Part shown: positions 13,758-26,801 of the stretch, in pieces
Layout of the letters: each line of letters opens with the position of its first letter
Position numbering within the stretch: position 1 is the stretch's first letter
Source of the DNA: Lobosporangium transversale
Taxonomy: Eukaryota
Length of the DNA: 64,000 nt
Assembly (NCBI RefSeq): GCF_002105155.1
Contig: NW_019028997.1
Span: forward strand, 248,001 to 312,000
Direction of reading: 5' to 3'
The notes under the pieces: generated by a model
The model's input: only the letters and a program-made list of their open reading frames with translations
What the model was told of the DNA's origin: nothing
Databases searched by the model: none
Made by a program: the position numbers and the translations under genes

Positions 13758-14750
13758 TTTTTATTCCCACTTGTCTAGATCATTTTCGATCCTACTTTCA
13801 ACAACGTAAACCTCCCACTCCAGCATCATCGTCATATTTTTAGTGTTCATCCCTTTATTCCTTCAATTTACTTTTTCATTTCTCTTCATTTTCTCAACAG
13901 CACTCAGCATATCTTTATCTATTTTGTTTCTTGTTCATTGCCTCTTTACATTCTTCAGAAACGTAAGTTATTATTCATTCACCTCCTTTCTTTACCAGGG
14001 CTTATGAGAAAAAAAAGAGAAAGAAAAGCATTTATGACATCATATACATCACACACATGTGCGCACACATGTTACATCTCATCGCAACATCAACAACGAC
14101 AGCAGCAAGAAGTTAAAAAAAAGCGAGTGCTTTTTTAATTGAGTAATCCACTTGTCTACTGCTATTGTCTCTTGTGAGGCTCTCTCTTTCTCCCTCTTTG
14201 CCCCTCCATAAATATTGCATATATGCAAAGAGAAGGAGTAAAGTGAAAGAGAGAGGAGGAACACAAGCTGTGGTGGGCTTGCATGAGTTGAGTAAATGAA
14301 AAAGTGCTCTCGTGTTGACATCGTTGTTATTGAAGGCTCTTTTCTTCTCTCTTTTCTCTTTCGTCTCTCCATGGACGAGGACAGGGTCGAAGAAAGAGAG
14401 AGGAGGACTGGCTTGTTTTCTTGTTCTATTCTTTTTTCTTTTTTTTTTTAAAAATGTTCTTTGGAATGAGCACCATGTCTGTCATCATCAATGACTAACT
14501 AAACTTGTCATTAAAAAAAAAGGATTCTCATCTGCTCGTCTTTCATGTTCTGTTTTCTATTCCCATTTCATTTTTGCTTCCCTCCTCTTTGTTGCTCCAC
14601 TCCTTTTCTCTCTCCTGCAGCTTTCTTTTTTTTTTTTTAAGCATTGAGTTGGGCACGCCATTTCCCAATCTTTCTGCTTTTCCCTTCGTCCCTCATACCT
14701 CTTCTCAGTATAATATATACAAAGCTGCAATCCTCCCTTGCCGTCCAAAC

Positions 14751-14925
14751 GTGGGTTTCTAACCTTCTCATTCTTTCTTGGCTTATAGTAGCACATCATA
14801 CTAATTGTTTTTCTTTACTCTCTCTTTTTTCTTTTCTTTTTCTTTTCTTTTTTTTTTTTTTGCACTCTTTTACAGATCCTACACTCGTCTGTACAATGAA
14901 TCCGGGGCGATCATCTGCATTTTAA
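14751..14925 (+). promoter_or_regulatory. Probable 5'-leader intron (14751-14875) and 9-codon uORF (14896-14925) upstream of the SET3-like gene
   Basis: GTGGGT donor, CTAAT branch-like site, long pyrimidine tract and TACAG acceptor. Then ATGAATCCGGGGCGATCATCTGCATTTTAA (MNPGRSSAF*). Confidence 0.45.
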
Positions 14926-15058
14926 AGAAGGAACTTTTTAGTCCATCCTACTCTTCAGGAGATTCAAAGTCCATCCAAAAAAAACCCAATTCAATACCCT
15001 CCTCAGAAAACGATATCCACTCATACTTTTAATCTCACAAATCAATATAAATTTTGCC

Positions 15059-18000
15059 ATGTCTTCAAAATCCAATTCAGTGGCACCTTCGTCATCCATT
15101 ACCAATCTGGCCAACAAAGTCATCAACCGTATCGCCAATAACAGTAATAGCAACAACAATAGTAATCATAACAACAGTAGTCATAACACAATGGAGGAAG
15201 AAGAGGACTCTGGCGAAAATGAAGATGACGAAGATGCAGGAATAATCCGTTGTATCTGCAACTATACTGATGACGATGGATTCACCATCCAATGCGAACG
15301 CTGCCTTGTATGGCAACATGCCGTCTGTGTTGGTATTGGTCAATCTAATGTCCCAGACAAATACCTTTGCGAGCTCTGTAGTCCTCGCTCTGTCGACAGG
15401 AAACGTGCCAACGAGATTCAACGGAGGAGAAATGGAACTTTGGAGCGCAAAAGAGAAAAGTCACCTTCAAGGAAAAAACCTACTGTAGGAAGACCTCGGA
15501 AACAATTCGGTTCAGCAAACAGTGCTCTTTCAGACCAGAACGCCGCCCCTGGCTCCACAACCTCCAACTCAAAGGAAAATGGCGCACATCATAGTGTAGG
15601 CAGCAATAGTGTGAGCAACGGTTTTCAAGGAAAAAACCCTTCAATGTCAATAGATGTAAATGGGAGGAGGAGTAAAGGCGCCACAAGCAACAAGCATTCT
15701 CAACTTCAATCCCACAGCAACCCTTCACCCTTGCAGCATTCTTCCAATAAACATAAATCAGCTGGACAAGCCAATGGCTCCAAGACGTCTTCAAATATTA
15801 ATGACGATGAGGACCTGGATATGGAGAATGATGGTCATGACACTATGGGAGCCTACCAGGTCGAGTTTTCGTCCATCGACACAAATATTGTCACGTCAAA
15901 GCCTGTCCAAGACCTCTTTCGACAGGTGATCGCCCAGTTCCGACAAGCACAATCAAGAAAGCGATCACTCTCGTTGACTTCAGGGGTGAAGCTTCACGAG
16001 CTTGTTGCTGCCAGTGCCAATACAGGCAGTAATAATACCCAATCATCTATAGGAACCGAAAGCACCGAGTCTTCATCCGGCTCACTTGGATCACAGCTTC
16101 CTCCGACGCCGCCAACATCCAACACTGATCCTTCTAATGTAGTTTCTATGGAGCGTGAGTCCTTGGCGCGACCTCTTATGAAGACAACTGTCAAGCACAT
16201 TTTGTCTTCATCAAAGTCGACTCATTCCCCAACACCGCAATATGGACTCTTCGCAGAAAGCAACATTGGCGCAGGAAGATTCATGATGGAATTCAAGGGC
16301 GAAGTTTCCCTTAAATCAGCTTACAAGGCTGATCCTATCAACCAATACTCCATTCTGGCCACCCCAAAACCCTTTGTCCTTTTTCATCCTCACCTCAACC
16401 TCGTTGTTGATGCAAGACGAAGTGGTAATGATGCTCGATTTGTTAGAAGGTCATGTGTACCAAACACAGAAGTCAAAAGCATTGTCGTCCCGGGAGTTCA
16501 GGATCAGACTGTTCACCTTGGTTTATTCGCAAAGGTTCCTATCGCTAAAGGCCAGGAGATTACTCTTGACTGGGACTGGAATAGGGATCATCCGGCGTTG
16601 CAACCCATTGGGGCCTCGTCAGATAAGCCAAAGGACAACTCCGTAAAACGTAATACCAAGGAAATCCGGAAGGCTAAGCATCTTGTCGCATCTACTTTAC
16701 TTGCACAAACAGACTGCGCTTGTGAAAACAAAGAAACATGTTTATTACATCGAATGTTGAGAGATGGAATGTCTGAATCTGGGGCTCGCGACCATGAAAC
16801 CCCTACTACGACTAAAGGAAATCGTCCAAAAAAGGGAACCACTGCCGAGAGTTTGCGACAGCGGTATGGTAATCAGAGAGACAGACCAGATGGGAAGCGC
16901 TCAGCAGATCAGGAAACGAGCGACGAAGACCTTTCTATTGCTGGAAGCAGCCCAAGACGGAAGTCTCCTAAAGCAAGCAAGCTTGAGAGTTCTTCTAAAA
17001 AGGCACGACATGAGGCCTCACCAAATAATCTTCGGAGTAATCGAGAACAAGACATGGAGTCGGATTCTGATTCAGATGATCAGCGACGACGCAAACAGCC
17101 TACATCAGAGAGAGTAGGATCGCCACCCAAGCGCTCTAACCTTGGAAGTCCAGAAATGTCGGTGCGGGAAATGAAGCAGGCTCTGATTCAAATTAAGAAG
17201 ATGGAAGATAGGGATGCGGCCCACGCAGGACATGCAAAGCAAAAACCAGCAGAAGCTAAACTTGGTGTTACTTCAAAGTCTCGGACAAGGAGCAAAGGCC
17301 GATCACAAGAAGTCGAGCAAAAACCCTCATCATCTCATAAAAACACTAACGCCATTGAAGACGACGATGTTTCTATTGGCGATAGTGGAATTGACTCCGA
17401 TTCTAATAACCGATCTTCCCAAAAGGACTCTTTCCTCGCAAGGAACAAACAGTCTAAATCTCAAGGTAAAAAAACAAAAAAAATAATTGTATTGTTGAGC
17501 AAAAATACATAAGCAAATATGGCTGATCATTTCTTGAATGTGCCAATGTTATAACTAATAGGTAAATGGGATATGGAACAATGGGACCAGGATATGCCGT
17601 CACATTCGTCTGCAGCATCAGATTCTGACAGGACAGAGTCTAGCAGCAGGGTGCTCAGAAGAGCTTCTTCAATTTCATCTGAAAAGAAGCAACCTTATAC
17701 TGCTGCGTCCAGAGGGAAGCGTATGGCAAACTACTCAGCCTCAGAATCCTTGTCTAAGAAGCGCTCTACATCCCACACATTAGAGTCACAAGACGATCTT
17801 CAAAACATCTCACGATCAAGCTCTATGGATGGAAGCTTCGTAAGCATCCTCGGGAACACAAGTGACGAAGAGGGTGAATCCTTTCATGAGACAGAGCGGA
17901 GGGTTTTGCGAGAGAAAAATTTGCCAAAGGAGACATTTCCAACAGTATCCCTTAGATCGTCTGCCTTGCCTTGCAAAAAGGTTTGGAAGATGATTTATCT

Positions 18001-20185
18001 CAAACAGAGGGCACTGGCGGAGGCCGAAGCGCTTGAGCGGGCTGAGGAGATGAGGAAGAAAGCTGAGGAAGTGTTCGATATCAAGATGGAGGAGAGCGAT
18101 GTGTCAATAAATGGTTCCAACGTATCCACAGTTGCGAACGACCCTACAGCTGTCGAGTTACCATCATCCGAATCAGATGATGCCCTCAAACGACCAAAGG
18201 AACCCGCCACTTTTCAACCGTCATTTGAAAATGACGACGCTCTACAGCCATCCATTGTTGAAGGCGATGTTCTCAATCTATTTCATGAAGACGTCAAGCC
18301 GGAGAATAGTTCATCAGGACCAGTTAAGCGTGGGCATCACCTTGAATCAAGAGCAGAGGAAAAGCTCAAGTCTCGTGCACCAGTTATAAAGCAACCAGTT
18401 GTAATTAAGCCTCAAGAGTCCAACGCTGGCTCGCACACAGCTACAATGACTGACCGACTGGAGATATCTCAAAAGTCTAACATGGAGCCATATCATGCAA
18501 AGCGAGCTGTTTCGAATTCACCTATTCCTTCTAAAGTCTCGCTTGAGGCTGCACCGACCTCTATAGACACAGATAATCATGTATCCAATGCATCGGAAAG
18601 CATAGATGTAGAGATGAGTGAGCCTGGTCCTAACAAAGGCGTCGATGGTGCGCAAAATGCGTCTATTGCTGCAGATCATGTAAGTTCCCTGGCAACCTCA
18701 CAACCAGAGCCAAAAGTTGAAGCTGCCCCAGTTATTCCAAAAGTCAAACTTTCACTGCAAGAGTACCAGAAGCAGCGCCAAGAGGCCTCACAGCGTAATG
18801 TTTATGCTGAATCAGAGATTCTAAAGCAGGATAAAACTGGATATGAAGGGTACGATGACGAGGACGAAGCGTTTAATGAGGCAAGTCAGGAACCTGTAGA
18901 TATTGAAATGGTGGAGTCAAAGGGTCCGGTGACACTGTCGGTGTCAGAGAAAGGGCCATCTTCAAGTGGTGACTACTTTCAGGTAGAGAGTAATCTGCCG
19001 ACACCTCTAATAGGGTTGTCCTCCCGTACTCAAAGTGGTTCTACTAGTGAATATTTCCCTGTCCAGCCATTCAGTCCTGCTTCTCTCGGCCCTGCGTCAT
19101 TCTCTAAGCTAAATTTGAGTCCCTCGTCACCGTCACGGTCATCTGCACCTATGGATACATCCTCTCGACCCGAGGTAGATCCCTCTGTTGAAGGAAGGTT
19201 TTTAGGGAAGCCACCAACTGGCCAGCGCTTGCCTCATAGCTCCAGCCCCAGAGACCCTTCAAACGCCAATATGGTGCTGAAGAGTTCTGTAAATAAATCT
19301 GGATCATCCCCTCCACCCAACAATCCCAACAATAGCATTTCTGGATGGAGAACACCTCGTAATCAACGAGGACATTCGCCCCCGGCGCCAATGTCAATTG
19401 GAACTAATGGGAATTATCGCAGTATGCCATCTTCAGAATATCGGTCCATGGATGCACGATCATCGGATGCCCGTTTAGCCTCTCCTCGGTTCTTTGGTTC
19501 ACCTTCTGATCGATCGGAACGGACAGCTCCTGGATCTTTAAATTCACCTGCGAGGGAGCGTCAGCACTCGTTGACTTCAGGATCCATTCCGTCTTCACCG
19601 TTCGAGCCTAATCATCTATCATCCAATGTTCACTATGGTTACAACGAGGAGCCTTCATTTAAACGTACAGGACCTTTGTCTTCGCCGACAGGTCATCCTG
19701 GATCATCTGGTCCACGTGATTACTACAAAGGAGATGAGCGAGCTCGGCACCGATCCATGAATGGAGATGAATGGAGCTACGGCGATATGGATTCATCTGG
19801 GTATGGAGGTTACCGAGGCCCTCGTGGTGGCCCTCCTCCTCCTCCAAGAGACAGAGATCGTGAAAGAGATCGTGAACGTGAACATGATAGGGAGCGCGAG
19901 CGTGAACGCCGCGATCGTTTTGATCGACGGAACGATTACTTTGGCACTGGTCCTTCTGGACCAGGTAATGGAGGAGGCCAGGCCGGCAACAATGGTGCAG
20001 GGTTTTATGGATCAAATCGAGGACCTCGAGGAGGCCCTGGTGTACCGGGTGGAATAGGTGGTGGATATGGTCGGCGGCCCAATGACTATTTCAATGGCCA
20101 GGGACGTGAGGAAGGATACAATGGCAATGGCCCGAGTAGCGGAAAGAAGGATGGGCTGCCGGACAATTCATCTCTTTCATACTAG
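15059..20185 (+). CDS. SET3: Set3/MLL5-like PHD-finger and SET-domain chromatin protein; two large exons (intron about 17467-17561)
   Basis: PHD finger IRCICNYTDDDGFTIQCERCLVWQHAVCVGI...YLCELC. SET domain with DARRSGNDARFVRRSCVPN and KGQEITLDWDW. Low-complexity C-terminus with KVKLSLQEYQK and an RG/RD-rich tail. Confidence 0.88.
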
Positions 20186-20597
20186 TCTGGCTTTGCTGTC
20201 TTTTTTCTATTTCTTTTTTTTTTTTTTTTTTAATTATCCTGGTCGTTTACTCTTCTTTTTTGTCTCTTCTTGATCTTTTTTTTTTTTTTTTTTCTTTTTT
20301 CTTTTTTCTTTTTTCTATTCTTTCGTATATGAGTGTATCTCAGCTGTTATAATGTGCCTTCTTTTTGTAATACTCTTTTCTGTTCCTTTCATCAGTACTC
20401 TCTGTCTGTCTGTCTCTGTCTATCTGACTTCTTTCTCCATCTTCAACCATTGTATTGATATAAGTGTAACATAACTGAGCCCTTTCACCAAAATAAAATT
20501 GTTGTTTGTTGTGGCTGTGTGATTAATGTCCTTAAGTTTGGTGGCGAGTTTTTTTTTTTTTTCTTTCCTCACATGGCAGCAAACATTAAGTTCCATC

Positions 20598-22152
20598 ATG
20601 AGCGTATACAAACCTGAAGATGAGCAGAATCAGCATCAGGAGAGCCAGGTGCCACTTGAAGCTATCACGCCTAGACCGCTTGTTTTCCCACCATTGACAC
20701 ATCAACGACTGGAGAACTGTTCCTTTTCAGCCTGGTATCCAATTTTTCGAGCCAATACCATAAAGTCGAAAATCATTGCTCTACCAGAGGATTTTATTTC
20801 ATATCTGAACGCAGATGGTGTTTTTATTCCTGGGCAAAGGTAACTCATACACCTTGCTTTGTGTTTTGCTTCTATCGACTCTTTTTTCTTTTTTTTTTTT
20901 TTTTTTTTTTTCTATGAGTATGGGGTAGAATATTTCTAACCTGATCCATGGCTTTTCCTTCTTTCTTTCTTCCGCTCTTACAAGTGGCATTTCAATGGCA
21001 TTAAGCGACAGTGAAGATGATCATATCAGTGACATGGATCGTCTTCGGGCTTTCAAGGAGAGAACATTTCGACAGGCAACTACAAATGATAACGATAGTA
21101 GTGACGATGATAATGACGATGATGAGGAGGTATCTTTTTATGTTTTATAAAAGTATACTGTCTTTGGCTCAAATAGCCCTTGTTGAACCATTTATTTATT
21201 TTTAATGAGATACAGGTCCCATTACCCTCTTTCCCTACATTAGAACGAGAAATTGAAAAAACGATCGAAGATCTTGGAGGAGAAGTATTTCCAAAGCTCA
21301 ACTGGAGTTCGCCTCGAGATGCTAGTTGGATCGCGCCTACCAACACTCTTAAATGCCATAACGCTGCTGATATCTTTTTATTGCTGAAATCGTCAGATTT
21401 TGTGGCTCATGATCTTGCACATGCTTATGAGGATTGTTCAGATGGCGCGCCCCTGACGACAAGGAAGGATCACATCATTACCAAAAAGGCTGCAGAGGTT
21501 GATGTTGATGCTGATGTTGCTGTTGGTGTACGGCAAAGACCCGAGACCATAGAGCTGGTTCTTCGAAAGTGGTTTGATTTGGCGCCTTCAATGGAATTTA
21601 GATGTTTTGTCAAAGGTCATCAGCTGGTAGGCGTCTCACAACGGGATATGACCTATTATGACTTCCTGAAGGGCATCAAGGACGAATTGGAACAAAAGAT
21701 CATTGCCTTTTATGAAGAGAAGATCAGGAATAAATTCCCGGATCCTGACTGTAAGTCCTACCTTTTTCTTCTCTCTCTATTTCCTTGGTTCGAAATCTCA
21801 TTTTACTGAATACTTTTTTTTTTTTTTATTTTTATTTTTTTAAAAAAAAATTGGCAAAAAAGATACATTTGATGTGTACATCACCAGGAATAGAGAGCGG
21901 ATCTACGTGATTGATTTTAATCCATTCGCCCAAAAGACAGACTCTCTATTGTTTGAATGGGAGGAACTCGTTTCAGCCAAAGAACGTCTCCCTCTAAGGC
22001 TTTTAGCTTCCGAGGCAGCTGGTCAACATATGAAGCAACCTTTTGCCTTCAATCGCTATCCATCTGATGTTACGGATCTGTCCAATGGTCAAACAGTGGC
22101 TGATTTCGCAGAGGCATTTTATAAAAAGGTGCAGGCCGCCAATGAAAAATGA
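20598..22152 (+). CDS. CDC123: Cdc123 (D123) ATP-grasp eIF2 assembly factor; 4 exons
   Basis: CSFSAWYPIF, FPKLNWSSPRDASWI, LLKSSDFVAHDL, LVLRKW...PSMEFRCFVK, GVSQRD, YVIDFNPF...TDSLLFEWEEL. Confidence 0.95.
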
Positions 22153-22198
22153 TTTTTATTTTTATTTTTTATTTTTTTATTATTATAATTATTGTTCC

Positions 22199-22714
22199 CT
22201 ATTGCTCAAGGTTTGCTGCTTCAGTCCACGACGATTGTTCTGGAAGTTGGGATGATACCCAGTTGGAATCTAGTAGCAACGACAGATCCTCTCCATTTGA
22301 ACGTGGGATTTTCTAACGAGAAAAAAAGAAAAAAAAGAAAAATGAATGGATAAGAAACATTAAATAACCTATATTAAAAAAAGTATTTCATCCAAACAAA
22401 ACTTTAAAATCAAACATGACATTACTGCGCGTATTTCTTTGTAAGAGCTTTCACGAGTGGAGCATTCTCTGACAACAGCGTTGGTTCCAAACCGATGATA
22501 AATCCTAGTGTCATGGATACGGAAAAGCACATCATCTACGCGTAGGAAGAAGCGCAAAAGGATGAGAAAACACGATGGCATGACGCGCTATGAGTGTCGA
22601 GAAAGAAATAGAAGCAGAAAATATATATACGGGATGGAGTATATTGGAGATAATATTAGTAAAAGTTGAGCCTGGTATACATTTATATCCTCTTTCCTTC
22701 CCTTGGGAGTAGAG

Positions 22715-22749
<35 letters not shown>

Positions 22750-23276
22750 TTACCACTTTGGTCGTCAGAACAGCGGTGCCATTGTCTGCAAGTTCATCCT
22801 CAAACAAAATATTTTCATCATAAAAGAGGATAGGATCAGGTCGTCTGAGCTGTTCGATATCGATGATTTCAGTTGTAGTAGGTGTAAATTGCATCTTTTC
22901 ATGGACGCTCAAGTTGGTGCCATTGTACTTTGTTGTGTATGTCCAGTCATATGGCTTGACAACATCCGTGATATGCTCCTGGTTTACCATACTATGGTGA
23001 AGGCATAAAAAATTGTTGATATAACCTTCAGATAAAAATGAAATAATAATAATAATAAACTTGGATGCTTGCTGATTATAAACTAACCTTCGCTTGTCAA
23101 ACCATTCCCTTGCATACGAGACTTTGATCAGATCGCTACTCTTGGATGATTGATCCACCATCGCCAGTGCAGGCAAAGCTTTGAATTCAAGCTTAAACCC
23201 AGAAGTGTGTTCAATCGATAAGAAATTATTGCCAAAAATCATTTCTGGGATAGGGATCCCCAAGTCTGCAGACGCA

Positions 23277-23308
<32 letters not shown>

Positions 23309-23610
23309 GATTGATAAGGTCAACAAAATAAAGAGGGATCGATATATTAGCATGTCAGTATCAAGACAATACCAAGTGTAATGCACAGCGTTTCTTTTTT
23401 TTTTTTTTAGCATAAGCTTTTTTCTTTTTTTTCCTCCACTTTTCTCCCTTACGCGTCAATTTCCTGGGAATTAAGAATGGACGTTTTATATGAGAGCACA
23501 GTCCATCCTTGAATATCAATGCCATTAGTCTGTTTGTCCTTAATAAGTTTGTGAGTCATTGTTCCTAATCCTGTTCCGTCCCTTATTGTTGCTGCAGCTG
23601 TTACTGACAT
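22199..23610 (-). CDS. TIP41: TIP41-like PP2A/TOR signalling regulator; multi-exon
   Basis: LGIPIPEMIFGNN, VVKPYDWTYTTKY, PILFYDENILFEDELADNG, VMPSCFLILLRFFLRVDDVLFRIHDTRIY. ATG at 23610, stop at 22199. Confidence 0.95.
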
Positions 23611-23771
23611 GCTTTTCAGTGATTAGCGTGTGGGGAATGAGAGTAGAGAATGGTAAGAAGCAAAGAAAAAACTGGCCAACGGCAAAAAAAAACAGAGGAA
23701 AGGGGTATGGGAGAACAATAAGAGGGTGATCTTGCGCCAATTCAAGGCAGTCACAATCGTCAGGCCTTTTA

Positions 23772-24740
23772 TTAAGTTTTTTTGCTTGCTTGTGAAGAAA
23801 AGATAAAGTCTCGCAAGTCTTCATACGCCTTCTTCAGTTGGTCGTTGATGACTACATGGTCAAAGTTGCTAGGGTCCATACCATAGCCCCATTCGTTTTT
23901 GGCCCGGTGTAACCGTTTCTGAATCGCTTCCTCTGTTTCTGTTCCTCGTCCTCTTAAACGGGTCTCCAAGGTGTCTAAACTTTTAGGTCGTACAAAAACA
24001 TATCGAGCCTGTAAACCTGATTTACGGACATGTTGTACACCCTGAAGATCAATATCCAAGATACAAATCTTGCCACTCTCAAAAACATCTTGAACAGCTT
24101 TCTTACTGGTTCCGTAATGGTTCCCAGAAAAGACTGCGTGTTCTAGAAACCGATCTTGATTGATTAATTCTTGAATCTCATCTTCTGTGACAAAGTGATA
24201 CGCGATACCATCCTTCTCTCCAGGTCTTGGCTTTCGTGTTGTATCTTTAATGAATTAAAGTAATGGTAATAAGGATAATCGTAACTAATAGTGAAGGAGG
24301 GAAAAATAATAATAATAATAATTAAAAATAAGGGGAAAATAAAAAAAATAAAGCACTTACGAGATACACTAAATCCAAAAGTTGAGGGGTATTCTTGAAA
24401 TAGCTTCTCAATAAGAGTTGATTTCCCGCTCCCAGAAGGCCCGGTGATCACAATAGGTCGTTTATCAACTACATTTCAAAAGATGCTGCTCGTTAATCAC
24501 CGTAAGTATGTTACCGTTTTCTCTCCCCCCCCCCCTTTTTTTTATTGTTGTTGTCGCTGTTGTTATTACAATGTCTTTGTGGATTGATACAATACCCAAA
24601 ATTGGTGGCGAAGGGCCTTTGAGTGTGCTTGTAGTATAATTGCGGCTGAGGGTAGCAAGCGATAGACATGAAACCAATGATTGGCGTGATCTTATCGCCC
24701 CTTCCACGTTTCGAAAGAGCGTTGGAGAGAGAGCAAACAT
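23772..24740 (-). CDS. GUK1: Guanylate kinase with a putative mitochondrial presequence
   Basis: P-loop [73 protein letters not shown]. Exon 1 starts [11 protein letters not shown]. Confidence 0.93.
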
Positions 24741-25136
24741 AGTTTTTGTGGTTATGGGAAAGGGAGCGAAGGTGGAGGGTTGGGATGGTTGGAGGTTGAT
24801 CAGGCGCAGGCAGTCACTTTTTTTTTTTTTTTTTTTTTTTTTTAAGGCTATCGAGTGGCTTTGTATGTTTGTAAAAACTATTTTTTTTTTTTTTTTTTTT
24901 TTCTATAGTTGAGGGTCATTGCTTTGCCTATAAGCGCATTCAAACTTTTTTTTTTTTTTTGTTTTGCTCCTGCATCCACATTTCATTCCATTCTTATTTC
25001 CTCCATCCTACTCTCTTCCCTTCAAGTAAAAAAGAAAAGAAGGAAAGAACGAGAAAGGAAAAGACTTCCATATCATTAATATACTCTTCTTTTTTAAACA
25101 CACACACATATATATATATTAATATATTCAAGAAAA

Positions 25137-25871
25137 ATGTCGTCGTCCCTGGCTGCTTATAAGGGCCCGAAGCCCGTTGCAAAGCATAATGACATGGAGG
25201 AGGATGAAGACGATGTTTTGATCTCGGCTGATACCCTGCCAGGACATGGAAACGCTACTGGACACACTGCCGAGACCGAGGCTAATGCTGAGGATATGGA
25301 CATGGATAATGAAGTGGAAAAACCAAAGTTCAAAGCTTTAAGCGCCAACCAAATGACTGTATGTTTCTACTTTTTTTTTTTTGTACAATATCAAAAGCAA
25401 GTTCCATGGTATCTCTTATATTTAAAAATTTATTGTGTGGATCAAATAGAGCAAAAATTCAGCCCAACAACGCAAGATCCCTATTCCTCCACATCGTATG
25501 ACACCATTGAAAAACGAATGGATGAAAATATACTCTCCCTTGGTTGATCATCTCAAACTTCAAGTTCGTATGAATATCAAGTCCAAATCTGTTGAAATTA
25601 GGGTACTTTTTTTTTTTTTTTTTTTTTTTTCTTTCTTTCTTTCTTCTTCAGTAATGTCGAAGGGTAGTGAATTTATCTTGTTTATGTTTTTTTTTTTTAA
25701 AAAAAAAAAAAAAAAAGCACTAATTCAATCCACTTGGTATTATGATTACTTCCACTTCTTATATAAAACTATAGACATCAAAACATACAGTTGATACTGG
25801 AGCATTACAGAAAGGAGCCGATTTTATCAAAGCTTTTGCTCTGGGATTTGATATTGATGTAAGTCGACACA

Positions 25872-25902
<31 letters not shown>

Positions 25903-26271
25903 GGAATGCAGCAATAAACTAAACACTACTTATAAATACCTCTTTTCTTTCAGGATGCCACCGCATTGTTAAGATTGGATGATTTATATCTGGATTCGTT
26001 TGAGATCAAGGATGTCAAGACTTTGAATGGTGATCATTTGTCGCGTGCTATTGGTCGTATTGCAGGAAAGGATGGAAAGACCAAGTTTACAATTGAGAAC
26101 GCTAGCAAAACTCGTATTGTCCTTGCAGACACTCGTATCCATATCTTGGGATCTTTTCAAAATATTAAGACTGCTAGAGATGCTATTGTGGCACTTATCT
26201 TGGGTTCGCCACCCGGCAAGGTCTACTCAACACTGCGAACCAAGGCAGCTCGTATGAAGGAGCGTTTTTAA
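25137..26271 (+). CDS. PNO1: Pre-rRNA-processing KH-domain protein Pno1/Dim2; 4 exons
   Basis: [85 protein letters not shown]...RMKERF*. Confidence 0.97.
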
Positions 26272-26519
26272 AAAAAAGAAAGAAAAGAAATTAAATAGAA
26301 AAAAAAAAAAAATAATAATAATCGATGGTCATTATATTTTCGAAAGCTTTCTATCTCCCCTCTGCATTGTCTATACAGCATTTATTATTATTTTCAATAC
26401 ATAGTCCATCCCATTAAAAAACGAGACATTCCACATCTATTGTAAAAAGAAGAAATGTATTAGAACACAGAAATAAATAAATAAATAAATTAACCAAGAA
26501 AAAAAAGTACTATCAAGCC

Positions 26520-26766
26520 AATACTTACAATTTTTTTAAGACGAAGGCCTTTCTGGACCTAGTCATGTTTGTAGTAGATTGTGTCCTACTGTTGTTGCCG
26601 GCTTGTCTCTCCCCCTCCTCCTGGACCCAGCAAAGGTCCTTTCGGTGGTCTTGATCCCTCTACTCCTCCTCCTCCTTCATCTGAAAATTTCCTTTTTGTG
26701 GGTCTGCTACTACCACCACCACTGCCACCACCACCAAGCCTTCGCCATGACAATCAACAAGAAATG

Positions 26767-26801
<35 letters not shown>

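Noticed and set aside
16420..16480. SET domain has RRSC instead of catalytic NHSC
   Set aside because: This is the normal signature of the inactive Set3/MLL5 family, not a novelty.
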